A stretch of 64,000 nucleotides of DNA from a virus. Lineage: Duplodnaviria; Heunggongvirae; Uroviricota; Caudoviricetes. Within the stretch, counting starts at the first letter, position 1; each line of letters opens with the position of its first letter. Positions 23,380-32,784 of this stretch are shown in pieces. The notes beneath the pieces are model-generated. The model was given only the letters and a program-made list of their open reading frames with translations. It was not told the DNA's origin and did not search any database. A program made the position numbers and the translations under genes. The DNA lies in the IMG/VR virus record IMGVR_UViG_2795385844_000002, positions 1-64,000 of that record. One strand, written 5' to 3'.

Positions 23380-23756
23380 CAGATAGACCTCCAGTCAGCC
23401 TTCTTTACGTGCGCGGCCTCTACCTCGAATGTGTCTCCACCCCAGTGGATTCCGTCATAGGAAGTGGCATAGCCACTGTGCTTGAAATGGCGAATGCCCG
23501 AGAAACTCCTCACCTCGAAAACGAAGTACACCTGTGTACTCACGCCCTGTTCCTTCTCTGGGGTGTGGGCCTCAACAAGGGTGGCTATGCCGATGCCCGG
23601 AAGACCAACAGAGGCACCCATCTGCAGAAGGTTGTAGAGCCCTTCCCAGGCGATCCCAGGTGCTACGAAGGTCCTAGCGAGGTCGGTGATGTCGTCAACG
23701 GTGTAGCTCATACGGTTTCCAATCGCTTCAGAAAGTGGCTGTTGTCTTTGTGCCAC
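23379..23756 (-). CDS. MSYT-family paralog 3 (125 aa, more divergent)
   Basis: N-terminal MSYTVDDI and C-terminal HFKHSGYATSYDGIHWGGDTFEV conserved with paralogs 1 and 2. Confidence 0.55.
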   Translation of the reverse strand: MAQRQQPLSEAIGNRMSYTVDDITDLARTFVAPGIAWEGLYNLLQMGASVGLPGIGIATLVEAHTPEKEQGVSTQVYFVFEVRSFSGIRHFKHSGYATSYDGIHWGGDTFEVEAAHVKKADWRSI

Positions 23757-24508
23757 TGCACGTAATCGAGATCCGGCTTACGGAACTCGTCAAAGTGGCT
23801 GACGATGAACTGAGCGCTCCTCCCCTTCGTCAGGGAGGTGATCGTGCGGCGCAGGGCCCACTGGTATGCCGCACCCGGTGAGTACTTGTAGTCGTTGGGG
23901 ATCACCAACCGCTCCAGTGCGGTCACGTAGATCTCCTCGCGGAACATCTGCACAATGCGCTCGTGAGGCATTGCCCAGACCTTCGCCATGTCCATCTGGA
24001 CCGTCTTGCCGTCCTTCAGGCACTCGTCATAGATGGGCTTCCCGGGTGTGTAGGCCACGGAGTGGTGGATGGAGTCATGGTCATAGATGCGCTTCACCGC
24101 GTCGGTGAAGAACTCGTCCGACTCCTGGGTGAGATCTACCTGCTTCTTGCCATGGAGGTCTTCCCACAACTTGTAGAGCACGTCATGCCATTCGGGGATG
24201 AGCTTGGCTCCTCTGCGCTTGAGGTCAAGCAGGTCGGCCATGTGCTTACCCCAGGAGTTGTTCTTCAGCTCCCAGTAGGCGTGCGAGTGCTTGATTGTGT
24301 ACAGCTGATCTGGGCTTGCGAATACGGACGTCTTGTCCGTCAACTCCAGAATCTCGTACAGCCGGGGATCCCAAAATGCGTCCCCTCGTATGGATGGGTC
24401 CGCGAGCGAGGTGTTTGGCTCGTTCGTGAAGAGGTCCACATCCTTCGGTTCCCGCCAGTCGGGAAACCAGTGCTTCGCGGCTACCGAGCCGACGATGAGC
24501 GTGGTCAA
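23708..24508 (-). CDS. hypothetical protein (about 267 aa; TTG start chosen to avoid overlap)
   Basis: The long ORF extends to 24631, but a TTGA overlap at 24505-24508 gives compact packing. Confidence 0.45.
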   Translation of the reverse strand: MTTLIVGSVAAKHWFPDWREPKDVDLFTNEPNTSLADPSIRGDAFWDPRLYEILELTDKTSVFASPDQLYTIKHSHAYWELKNNSWGKHMADLLDLKRRGAKLIPEWHDVLYKLWEDLHGKKQVDLTQESDEFFTDAVKRIYDHDSIHHSVAYTPGKPIYDECLKDGKTVQMDMAKVWAMPHERIVQMFREEIYVTALERLVIPNDYKYSPGAAYQWALRRTITSLTKGRSAQFIVSHFDEFRKPDLDYVQWHKDNSHFLKRLETV

Positions 24509-24738
24509 ATCCAGGCCTTCTGTCGGCGGATGCGGTGGATGCGACGGCGCACACGCGGGCGAAGCGGGTTGTACTCGCCATAGCCCTTCGCAAGGCTGCG
24601 CTTGAGTGCGCGGCCCGGAATTCGAGACCAACGCTCGGGGGCACCATCCGAGTCGGCGGGAACCATTGGGTTCTCATCCGCCACATGTACGTGGTCCTCG
24701 TGATCAGTCATTTTCACGCCCGCTTCGAGCTTGCTCAT
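24505..24738 (-). CDS. hypothetical protein (77 aa)
   Basis: ATG at 24738 (ATGA overlap with the upstream stop). Confidence 0.4.
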   Translation of the reverse strand: MSKLEAGVKMTDHEDHVHVADENPMVPADSDGAPERWSRIPGRALKRSLAKGYGEYNPLRPRVRRRIHRIRRQKAWI

Positions 24739-25172
24739 ATCTCTCCACATCCGTTGTGATTGATGAACTTTCGCCAGTGCTTCCAACCGTTTGGACAGTG
24801 GAAACCCCAGTCACGAGTCACGCGGCCAGTGATGATCAGGGTGGTGGCTGGCTTCTCGTACCACCGGTCGTGTTCGAAGCTCCATATCGGCAGAGGCACC
24901 AGCTCCACACGATGGGCCACGGTCGCTCGGCGGAACGCGATACTCGGGGCCTTGCGCAGATTCCGTGATCCGTCCGCGCGATGCTCCCAGTAGGAGCCCT
25001 TCAACAAGATCGACACGAACCACCACGGATGGTCGTGAAGTGCGCGATCGTCATCCGACCCGAGGAACTTGTGAAGGTAAATGTTGAAGTGCTTATTGCG
25101 CGGAATGACGTGCCACCGCAATAGGTATGGGGTTCCATCCTGGCGGTTAAGAGTGACGTCGGGAGCCCTCAT
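24735..25172 (-). CDS. hypothetical protein (145 aa)
   Basis: ORF track. Confidence 0.5.
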   Translation of the reverse strand: MRAPDVTLNRQDGTPYLLRWHVIPRNKHFNIYLHKFLGSDDDRALHDHPWWFVSILLKGSYWEHRADGSRNLRKAPSIAFRRATVAHRVELVPLPIWSFEHDRWYEKPATTLIITGRVTRDWGFHCPNGWKHWRKFINHNGCGEI

Positions 25173-25456
25173 GCGCGAAGCTCCTCCAAGCAGCGACTAG
25201 CCATTGCTTGAACGCGGGCAAGTTGATCCACCAGATTCACGCCTCCCATGAGGCGATGCCCAACCTCATATGTTTCGAAGCGGATATCTGACAAGGCACT
25301 TCTTACTTTGTCTAGTCGGCTAGACAAAAGGTGGATCGTAGTCTGCTGTGTCGCAATGATTTCCGCCATCGTCTGAATGCTGCCATTCAGCGATGCCGTT
25401 GCGCCCCAGTCGTTTCCATCCATGGAAATAATCGTATCGACGGGATTTGGGTTCAT
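25169..25456 (-). CDS. hypothetical protein (95 aa) starting MNPNP at a motif-embedded ATG
   Basis: The ATG at 25456 lies inside GGGTTCATGTGGGTG. Confidence 0.5.
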   Translation of the reverse strand: MNPNPVDTIISMDGNDWGATASLNGSIQTMAEIIATQQTTIHLLSSRLDKVRSALSDIRFETYEVGHRLMGGVNLVDQLARVQAMASRCLEELRA

Positions 25457-25592
25457 GTGGGTGAGAAAAAGTAGAGCCCCGGTCGGCGGCGCGTGAGAGG
25501 GCGTCTAGATACATCGACCGGGGCGACTACTGGAGCGTAGCTCTACAGCAGCTACTTACATTATATAGCTATGGCGTGCAAGCCTGGGTTTG

Positions 25593-26234
25593 CTACAGAC
25601 CCAGTTCGCGGCATACCAAGCTAAAGAGCTGGCTGAAGAAGTTCGATGACTTCCCAATGCGTGCAGCCAGATCCGTGGTTGGAACGGAAGGGTTGGCAAT
25701 GATCGCGTTCAACACATCCAGGCATGCTGCGCGACTCTGATGCCCAACACGACGATGGAATACAGCGAAGTCTGTGCGAGCCGTCACCAGCTCGTGAGCC
25801 GCACGTGCCTTTTCCAGGCGGTTGCGGTAGCGGGTATCCACACCGTTGTGAGCGTGGAGAGCTTCGCCAGTCAGGGCCTCTACCGGCATGGTGATCTGCT
25901 TGATGTCAGGCCACTCGGGGCGCATCGCTGCGCGTTCAGCTGGAGTGGTCCCACCCCAGATGCCGAATTCCTCGCCATTATCCAAAGCCCAGGTACGGCA
26001 CATGTCCAGAACGGGGCAGCGTGAGCACGTGGCCTTTGCGCGTTGCTCGGCGTAGGCCACCATTTCGGTAGCCAACTCCTGAGTGACTCCATCCTCGACC
26101 AGCTCTTCCACGGTGAGAAAGTGCGACTCCTGGTCGTCAGGATCGCATACAGCTTTGCTGCGCCAATCAAGATCCAGGTCGCTGGCCGTAGGTGGGCGCT
26201 CGATCATAGCGGTCATTTGGTTGTATCCCTTCAA
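25593..26234 (-). CDS. whiB: WhiB-family transcription factor with C-terminal extension
   Basis: Four-Cys WhiB pattern AVCDPDD...ATCSRCPVLDMC. Confidence 0.7.
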   Translation of the reverse strand: MKGYNQMTAMIERPPTASDLDLDWRSKAVCDPDDQESHFLTVEELVEDGVTQELATEMVAYAEQRAKATCSRCPVLDMCRTWALDNGEEFGIWGGTTPAERAAMRPEWPDIKQITMPVEALTGEALHAHNGVDTRYRNRLEKARAAHELVTARTDFAVFHRRVGHQSRAACLDVLNAIIANPSVPTTDLAARIGKSSNFFSQLFSLVCRELGL

Positions 26235-26693
26235 TCAGTCCCGGTCGTGTACCGGAACTTTTGTTGCAAGTGCGACAAGTTCGGCCAGGGTGCAGCTAAC
26301 CCACTGTTTCATGGGATCAGTTGTGCCCTTGCGCTTGTGAACGAAGAACCCGGCAAGAGCTCCCGCGTTCTTGGCCTCTACTTTAGCCTCCCCAACCCCT
26401 TCGGGAAGGCTTAATGCAGCTACGTCCTTAGTTTCGATAACGATGTCGTGCCCGTCAATACGGAAGTTGACAACATCGCCCTTGTCAACACTCCCCCAGC
26501 TCGGTGCAACCTGAATGTTGGGGTCCTGCAATGCTTCTCGCAGCCCATCAACAATGAGGCGATTGAAGTTCGCCCCTGCGGCTTTCGCCGACTTCCGGTT
26601 CCTACTCAACGACCCGCTACCTTTACGTCCGAACCTGTTTACGCGACAGACCCTCAACCTCACCGGCTGACTGTCCGTCAGTGGAATGACCAT
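26235..26693 (-). CDS. Hjc-like Holliday junction resolvase / PD-(D/E)XK nuclease
   Basis: GRKGSGSLSRNRKSAKAAGANFNRLIVDGL resembles the archaeal Hjc N-terminus; D...IETK catalytic motif; start chosen at an internal ATG. Confidence 0.5.
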   Translation of the reverse strand: MVIPLTDSQPVRLRVCRVNRFGRKGSGSLSRNRKSAKAAGANFNRLIVDGLREALQDPNIQVAPSWGSVDKGDVVNFRIDGHDIVIETKDVAALSLPEGVGEAKVEAKNAGALAGFFVHKRKGTTDPMKQWVSCTLAELVALATKVPVHDRD

Positions 26694-26857
26694 ACAGAGA
26701 GGGTATGACAACCGGCACCCACATGAACTGCAAACGCCTCCCCGCCGATGCACAGATACCCTCCCAAGTCTCGTTTGGCAGACTGTAACCCTGGTCACAC
26801 GGGGTCTACATCTGGGGACTCGGCTTTACCAGACAACTGACTGGTTGGGTTTGCCGC

Positions 26858-27181
26858 CTAGCGGATGAAGTCGGGCCGGTCATCCTCTTCCTCGGGGATC
26901 CTGCGAGCCATAGCCGCATAGAACTCCGCGCGCCGCGCCTTCGCCTTGGGGGTCTTCCCGAACATCTCGGGAATCCATTCACCAGCCACCCACACCGTAC
27001 TCTCCTGGCGGTCAACGCAATTCGCCTTCAAGCACTCAGGACGTACCGGACATTCACCACAGATGCTCTGGACCTCGGCAGTATCCTTCTCGCCAAGCTC
27101 GTTGGGGTCCTTGATGAAACGGATATCTCCACCACACTGGATGTACTGATACCACTCTTGGTTTGAATTCCAGAGCTTCAT
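26858..27181 (-). CDS. WhiB-like protein
   Basis: C..C(GGD)...CGECPVRPEC...C Cys pattern. Confidence 0.6.
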   Translation of the reverse strand: MKLWNSNQEWYQYIQCGGDIRFIKDPNELGEKDTAEVQSICGECPVRPECLKANCVDRQESTVWVAGEWIPEMFGKTPKAKARRAEFYAAMARRIPEEEDDRPDFIR

Positions 27182-28473
27182 GCCGCGAACCGCATCTGGT
27201 CGAAACGCTCAGCAAGGATCACGACATCCTCAGGGCCCTGGCGATTCTTCACGAAGCACGCGTTCATCAGTGGCACGCCCTGGTCTTCGTCATCTCCATG
27301 GGACGTAGGTGGACGGGACAGGATGACAGCGACATCAGCCGTCTGCTCAATGCCGCCCGATTCGCGAAAGTCCGACTTGTTCGGAAGGCGAGGCTTGCCG
27401 TTGTGCTGCTCGAGGCTGCGATTCAACTGTGCCGCAACAAGAACCGCACAGTCCAGCCGCCGCGCAATGCTGCGAGCCATGGTCGCGATGTAGTCGACCT
27501 CCAGCACACGTGAGTCAAATCGCTTGGCAGACTTGACCAGCTGCAGGTAGTCAATGAATACGAAGTCCAGACCGAACCGCTGCTTGTGCACCCGGCACCT
27601 CTGCGCGATTTCCTCAATGGTGAGGTCTGGCTCATCATCGATCGTGAAACGGATCTCCGCATTTTCAGCAGCCCATCGGCTGATCTTCTCCTGCTGAGAC
27701 GGATCCATCTTGCGCCGGAAGATCGGCTTATAGGGGGTCTCGGTGCCGCACGCAGCAAGACGGCCCATCAGGTCGTCCTTGGAGAGCTCCAGCGAGAACA
27801 CCAGCGTCTCGTACCCCTGCTTGGCGATATGCCACGACACCTGCGTGCCGAAGATCGTCTTGCCGCAGCCAGGGCGTGCGCCCGTCACATAGAGGCGCTG
27901 ACTCTGATAGCCCCCACCGAGCTGGTCATTGACATTCATCCAGGGTGTTGGCAAGAACGGGCGATCATCCTCCTGCGCTGTAGACCACTGGTCATACAGG
28001 TCGCGGAACCCTAGGGAGTATATCTCCTGCATGTCATCCAGCTGGTCAAGGAAGGATCGCGCGGCCTCCAGTGCCTCGGGAATCTCGCCCGGATCGTCGT
28101 GCAGCGCCTGGAACCTCTGCCCCAGGCTGTTGACGGTGCGAATCTTCCACTGCTCTGTGACGATCTGTGCGTAGTAACCGACGTTCCCCGGCACATTGCA
28201 GTGCTCCATGCAGGTCTGCAGGTAGGGGGCTCCACCAGACTTGCGCAGATCCTTACTTCGGCGCAAGCGGTCGAACACCGTCATGGCGTCAATAGGCACA
28301 GCCTCCGCATACATGCCCTGAATGCACGTGAAGAGGAGCTCGTTGGTTGGGTGGTAGAAGTGATCAGCCCTCAGGCCCTCCAGCTTGGAGAACACGTCAG
28401 GGTTCAGGAGGAGCGCTCCGATTACACCTTGCTCGGCTCGGAGGTCGTGGGCTGGCTCTCGGTCTCCTGACAC
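27178..28473 (-). CDS. dnaB: DnaB-like replicative helicase
   Basis: Walker A GARPGCGKT, DnaB C-terminal RecA fold motifs and the N-terminal AEQGVIGALLL helix. Confidence 0.9.
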   Translation of the reverse strand: MSGDREPAHDLRAEQGVIGALLLNPDVFSKLEGLRADHFYHPTNELLFTCIQGMYAEAVPIDAMTVFDRLRRSKDLRKSGGAPYLQTCMEHCNVPGNVGYYAQIVTEQWKIRTVNSLGQRFQALHDDPGEIPEALEAARSFLDQLDDMQEIYSLGFRDLYDQWSTAQEDDRPFLPTPWMNVNDQLGGGYQSQRLYVTGARPGCGKTIFGTQVSWHIAKQGYETLVFSLELSKDDLMGRLAACGTETPYKPIFRRKMDPSQQEKISRWAAENAEIRFTIDDEPDLTIEEIAQRCRVHKQRFGLDFVFIDYLQLVKSAKRFDSRVLEVDYIATMARSIARRLDCAVLVAAQLNRSLEQHNGKPRLPNKSDFRESGGIEQTADVAVILSRPPTSHGDDEDQGVPLMNACFVKNRQGPEDVVILAERFDQMRFAA

Positions 28474-28943
28474 TCGACCCTCTCTCTATAAATCTGGGTG
28501 ATCCATGCCCGCGAAATCTCCCTGTGCCAGAAGCGGATAGCTTCTGGGTCGGTCATATCGTCGGGTGGATACTGCTTGGGCATCTTGATGCCGAATCGGT
28601 TCTCCACAGCTTTTACGTTCGTGGTCTTCCACTGCTGCTTCATCCAATTCCGTTGGGCTGCACGCTCGTCTGCGAAAAGATCGACGTCGTCGTACCGGCC
28701 CTGCTTTAGCCAGGAATGCGCTGCTGGAACGTAGGTCAAGTCGTCCGGGTCACATGACATCGCAAAGTTGCGCGCGGACTCAATGAGCTTGGCCGGATCT
28801 TGCCCCTTGTTTTCGACCAGGTCAGCGAAAACACGCTCGGCCTCACTGATGGCAGTGTGTTTGGGATAGGCATCCCAAAACTGCCTGAAAGACCGAGCGT
28901 GTTTCTTACGCGCCTCGCCGGGGGTTAGCTTTTCGCTCACCAA
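28422..28943 (-). CDS. hypothetical protein (173 aa), possible replication accessory protein
   Basis: ORF track; overlaps the dnaB start by 52 nt. Confidence 0.4.
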   Translation of the reverse strand: MVSEKLTPGEARKKHARSFRQFWDAYPKHTAISEAERVFADLVENKGQDPAKLIESARNFAMSCDPDDLTYVPAAHSWLKQGRYDDVDLFADERAAQRNWMKQQWKTTNVKAVENRFGIKMPKQYPPDDMTDPEAIRFWHREISRAWITQIYRERVECQETESQPTTSEPSKV

Positions 28944-29371
28944 TCCGGTTCATCGTTGTTGGCGTCGCCGCCCCATGCATCTTCAGCGGGCTTCTGACGT
29001 GCACCTCCACCGCCCTTCTGCGGAGCTGCAGTGGCAAAGCGAAGGTCGGGGCCGAAGGAATCGAACTCAACTTCCAACACAGAGCGCTTCTCGCCCTCGC
29101 GGGTCTCGAAGGAGCGCTGCTTGATCTGGCCGTGGCCGATAACGCGGTCTCCGCGCGATAGGCTCTCGGCTACGTTCTCCGCGAACACATCCCAGATGGT
29201 TCCGTTCAGGAACGTGGTGTCACCGTCGACCCAGTTGCCACCCGGGTCCTTCTTCCGGGTGTTCGTCGCTACCGACACATTGACCACGGCCTTACCGCCG
29301 CCAGTAAAACGGACCTCGGGATCACGAGTCAGGGTGCCAACAACAGTGACTTCAGGAAGGGTGATGCTCAT
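28937..29371 (-). CDS. ssb: single-stranded DNA-binding protein
   Basis: OB-fold SSB signature, Gly-rich linker and acidic C-terminal tail DEPDW. Confidence 0.85.
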   Translation of the reverse strand: MSITLPEVTVVGTLTRDPEVRFTGGGKAVVNVSVATNTRKKDPGGNWVDGDTTFLNGTIWDVFAENVAESLSRGDRVIGHGQIKQRSFETREGEKRSVLEVEFDSFGPDLRFATAAPQKGGGGARQKPAEDAWGGDANNDEPDW

Positions 29372-29392
29372 ATGCTCTCAATTCGTTCGGGA

Positions 29393-29746
29393 TCAGTTGC
29401 TGGACCATGGGTCTCGTAGATCGATGTCTCTATGATATTCGGCTCCCAGTAGGTTCATGTGGGTGAACTTCCCCAGGTGGTGCTGGTATATCGGGATGGA
29501 AGCTGGCTCTTCCCAAGGCCTTACGTGATAGCCCTCAGAGTGTGCTGCGTTGGGGTTGTGTTCAATCCACCCATGGCAACCGACCGTTCCGTGTCCGCAC
29601 ACGTGGACGATGTTGTCGAGGCTCCACAGGCCTCCCTGAGACCTCTTCTTGCGGTGGTGCATAGACAGTCCACCACCGATGCCGCAACGCTCGCATAGGC
29701 CACCTGAGCGGCGTGAGACCTCTACGCGGCACTGCTTCTCGGTCAT
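29393..29746 (-). CDS. HNH endonuclease
   Basis: CERCG...HHRKKRSQGG...CHGWIEHN HNH motif; start at MTEKQ (29746), one nt overlap with the upstream stop. Confidence 0.6.
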   Translation of the reverse strand: MTEKQCRVEVSRRSGGLCERCGIGGGLSMHHRKKRSQGGLWSLDNIVHVCGHGTVGCHGWIEHNPNAAHSEGYHVRPWEEPASIPIYQHHLGKFTHMNLLGAEYHRDIDLRDPWSSN

Positions 29747-29901
29747 CAAATGGGGAGGAGGATCCGCGCAAGCTGACGAAGCAACTCCCGCTGCCACGGA
29801 ATGACGATCTCACCGAGCATCGCCTCAAGCTGCTGAATGAAATTGGGGTCAGGCCTTACAAACTCGCGCAGCTCAGCGTCCAATGCGTCAAAGTCAGCCA
29901 T
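29746..29901 (-). CDS. hypothetical protein (51 aa)
   Basis: ATG at 29901; not in the ORF track (shorter than 60 aa). Confidence 0.35.
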   Translation of the reverse strand: MADFDALDAELREFVRPDPNFIQQLEAMLGEIVIPWQRELLRQLARILLPI

Positions 29902-30073
29902 TGCGTGTCCTTCTCTTCAGTTCCTCGCGCTGGTGGGTCTGCAAGCTCTTCAAAACCTTCGTGAACGGCCACGTCTTGCCATCGTGAATCAGCGTGCCGT
30001 CGCGGTCATACGCGGGCCGCTGGTCAGGGAGCTTGTTCGGCAACGCGGGGGCGTGAAAATGCGATGGGCGCAT
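29894..30073 (-). CDS. hypothetical protein (59 aa)
   Basis: ATG at 30073; 8-nt overlap with the downstream start. Confidence 0.35.
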   Translation of the reverse strand: MRPSHFHAPALPNKLPDQRPAYDRDGTLIHDGKTWPFTKVLKSLQTHQREELKRRTRNG

Positions 30074-30378
30074 CAGGATCCGAGTCCTCTCATCTGTACG
30101 TCAGTCCCAGCTAGAGAGCTATACAGCGTCCAGCGGGATGGGAAGTTGAAACCGAGATCCTCGAACCAGTCGCGGTCCCATTCGGGAGTCTCTGTAGCCC
30201 AGATGAATTCACCATTGGATAGCTCAATGACTGCTGATCTCACCGTCTTCTCTTCGGGGTGTGCGAAGAGGTAGTCGCCCATGTAGTAGCACAGCCAAGC
30301 GCCCGGGGTAAGGTCTGGCTCCTTCAGTTCGCCGGGGAAATTCTGGAAAAGCCGACGCAACGAGTTGAGCAGCTTCAC
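30073..30378 (-). CDS. hypothetical protein (101 aa)
   Basis: ORF track. Confidence 0.5.
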   Translation of the reverse strand: MKLLNSLRRLFQNFPGELKEPDLTPGAWLCYYMGDYLFAHPEEKTVRSAVIELSNGEFIWATETPEWDRDWFEDLGFNFPSRWTLYSSLAGTDVQMRGLGS

Positions 30379-30578
30379 AGCACGTTCTCCTTGAATTCCA
30401 AAGTGAGCCAGAGGCCATCAGGTTCGTTTGTGATTCGCACTGAATGCGCATCCCCACCAGGGATTGTCAGTAACGCAGCACCGTGAGTGAGGGTGAGGGC
30501 GACCTGATAATCGGTGCGGGGGTGGTTGCGGATGGCCTGCGCGATGCGGCTCTCTAGTCGAACGCGAACCGAGTTCAC
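30375..30578 (-). CDS. hypothetical protein (67 aa)
   Basis: ORF track; ATGA overlaps. Confidence 0.45.
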   Translation of the reverse strand: MNSVRVRLESRIAQAIRNHPRTDYQVALTLTHGAALLTIPGGDAHSVRITNEPDGLWLTLEFKENVL

Positions 30579-31078
30579 ATCTCCCCCAGGTACTTTGTTT
30601 CGGTGTAGCTTTGGGACTGACTGGGCGGATCCATAACGGCTTCCCAGTCGTGGAAGTTCCTCACGCAGAAGCGAAGGTTCGTCTCCTCACCCGGCTTGTC
30701 CCACCAGATGACGTTGTCATCGAGAACGCGATACTCGACATAGCCGTTGGCAGCATCACACCGCAGGATGGTGAAGCCGAAGGGCGACTGAAGTTTGGTA
30801 ATCCGATCCTTTTGGCAGCTAGTGGGATCCAGCTCTTTGGCGATCAATGTAAACTCATCAGCCGCAGTAATCACTGGGCGGTCAGAAGCGTCGCGATCGA
30901 TGCGGAATCGTCCAACCTCGCCGTGTCCTTCAGCGATTAGCGTGGAGTTGAAGAACTCCTCTCCGGTCTCCGGGTCCTGCCATCCCTCATCGGGATACTT
31001 TCCGACAAGCCGAAGTACGATCTCACTCAAGGCCCAACTCCCTCGCCCACTCCTGGAAGTGCTCTGTCGAGTTCTCAT
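30575..31078 (-). CDS. hypothetical protein (167 aa)
   Basis: ORF track; start may be an internal GTG at 31018. Confidence 0.45.
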   Translation of the reverse strand: MRTRQSTSRSGRGSWALSEIVLRLVGKYPDEGWQDPETGEEFFNSTLIAEGHGEVGRFRIDRDASDRPVITAADEFTLIAKELDPTSCQKDRITKLQSPFGFTILRCDAANGYVEYRVLDDNVIWWDKPGEETNLRFCVRNFHDWEAVMDPPSQSQSYTETKYLGEM

Positions 31079-31370
31079 CCCGCAACGCCTTGCTGTCGAG
31101 CCACTTTGCGAGGCCTTCCGCTGACTGCGCTGTGTAGCGCTTCACTGCAACCTCCGAGATGCCGCGCGACTGAAGAAGCTTTGTGCGGTCATGGTCATAG
31201 GAGGCGAGCACTACACGGATGTTCGCAGCCATACCATGCGGGTATTCACCGTGCTCCTCGAGATAGTCGAGGACGTGCGAAAGTGCTACGTACAGAACCT
31301 CTCCGTAGGAGATGGGGATCTGGGCGCTACTCATCGCGCATCTCGTCTTCAAGCCGGTTGAAGAACTCAC
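31023..31370 (-). CDS. hypothetical protein (115 aa)
   Basis: ORF track. Confidence 0.45.
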   Translation of the reverse strand: MSSSTGLKTRCAMSSAQIPISYGEVLYVALSHVLDYLEEHGEYPHGMAANIRVVLASYDHDRTKLLQSRGISEVAVKRYTAQSAEGLAKWLDSKALRDENSTEHFQEWARELGLE

Positions 31371-31686
31371 CTTCAGCCTCTTTGTACTGCTCGGTGATTG
31401 CCGCCAGGAAGTGTTCGCCTACCTCACGAGCGATAGCGTCTCCAGCCACCAAACCAGCAGGACCGTAGTTGGCGTGAAGATACTCTGCGACTAGCTCGTT
31501 GTATCCGAGCAGCCAGTCCGCGATCTTGTCGCGGTACGCCTTTGGGATATTCGTATGCAAGGCTAGGAAGTTGATAAACGTACGCGGTGCCTCCGCGATG
31601 GTGAACGGCAGCGAGAGGTTCATTGAATCGACCCGCTTGGGCTGGGCAGGAAGCTTGATGGGGTCAGGGATTGGCTTACGGGCCAT
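31327..31686 (-). CDS. hypothetical protein (119 aa)
   Basis: ORF track. Confidence 0.5.
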   Translation of the reverse strand: MARKPIPDPIKLPAQPKRVDSMNLSLPFTIAEAPRTFINFLALHTNIPKAYRDKIADWLLGYNELVAEYLHANYGPAGLVAGDAIAREVGEHFLAAITEQYKEAEGEFFNRLEDEMRDE

Positions 31687-32078
31687 CAGAAGTTTCCTCC
31701 ACCAGTTCCGAATACTTGTGCCAGCAGTTTGGAGCGCATACCGATCGCAATCAGCTCTTTCTCAAGCGCTGACAACCGGCGTTCGCAGAGACCAAGCTGG
31801 GCATTGGCGATATCGAGGTCAATGCGCTCCTGCTCAGTCTCCTTGGCCGCGTGAGCCTTTGCCTTGCCAACAGCGCCAGTGAACGCCATCATCTGACGGG
31901 CCTCGGCTACGGCGAATCGAGTTGCGCGCCAATCCTTCTGTGCCCTATGCCAGGCAAGAATCTTGTTCCACTTCGTGATAAGGAAGTTGACCTTATCTAA
32001 CTCGCGGTCGATATGGTCGGGCGTGAGATCCGTGTATGTGTAGTCAACCAGCTCGTCGCTCATTCGACCTCGTACCAC
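31686..32078 (-). CDS. hypothetical protein (130 aa)
   Basis: ORF track. Confidence 0.5.
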   Translation of the reverse strand: MVRGRMSDELVDYTYTDLTPDHIDRELDKVNFLITKWNKILAWHRAQKDWRATRFAVAEARQMMAFTGAVGKAKAHAAKETEQERIDLDIANAQLGLCERRLSALEKELIAIGMRSKLLAQVFGTGGGNF

Positions 32079-32269
32079 TCAGTGACGGTGCGCTGCAGCA
32101 ATTTCAGCTCGGGATCCTTACCTACATAAGCACGCGCCTGGGCCTCAGTGAGCTCGCCAACCTCGTCGCGGCAGGCAACCTCTCCGCATGGGTACGAAAA
32201 GCTCCACTCTACGTAGCACTTCGGCAGCGGCTTGTTCTGCGCTTCGAGCTGCTCCTGCACGCTACTCAT
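32060..32269 (-). CDS. hypothetical protein (69 aa)
   Basis: ORF track. Confidence 0.45.
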   Translation of the reverse strand: MSSVQEQLEAQNKPLPKCYVEWSFSYPCGEVACRDEVGELTEAQARAYVGKDPELKLLQRTVTEWYEVE

Positions 32270-32784
32270 CCGATGCCGTCCACAATGCCAAGGGCAACAG
32301 CTTCATCCATCGCCAAATACCATTCCTTGTCCCGCATGCGCTCACGGAACTCGTTGTAAGGCAGCTTGCAACGGGTGTGGGCTTTGATGTAGCGCGCGAC
32401 CCATTTCTCGCTGAACTCAAGCTCATTGCGCACCTGAGCCATCGTCTGGTCGTGAAATGTCAGTAGCGGCTCGTGGATGTAGATGTAGCCCATCTGACCA
32501 CCTAGACGTACATCGCCAGCCTGGAGGATCAATGAGGCTGCAGAAGCGGCACGCCCGCGCACACGAGTGGTGATGTGGTGTCCCCCGCCACCGGCCTCAG
32601 ACATTCGCACGAGCTCGTCATAGATGGCGTCCCCGTGCTCCATAGATCCGCCTGGTGAGTTGATGATCAACTCAATTGGACGCCCTGGCTGGTCAACACC
32701 AATGTCACGCAGGAGGTTGAGGGTCTTGCGTGCGCCCTTCTCGTCAATCTCGCCATGTAGCCCCAGCTCTGCCGGTTCCATCAT
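32266..32784 (-). CDS. ClpP-like serine protease (S14 family)
   Basis: INSPGGS active-site region and downstream AAS.ASLIL ClpP-like motif. Confidence 0.7.
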   Translation of the reverse strand: MMEPAELGLHGEIDEKGARKTLNLLRDIGVDQPGRPIELIINSPGGSMEHGDAIYDELVRMSEAGGGGHHITTRVRGRAASAASLILQAGDVRLGGQMGYIYIHEPLLTFHDQTMAQVRNELEFSEKWVARYIKAHTRCKLPYNEFRERMRDKEWYLAMDEAVALGIVDGIG

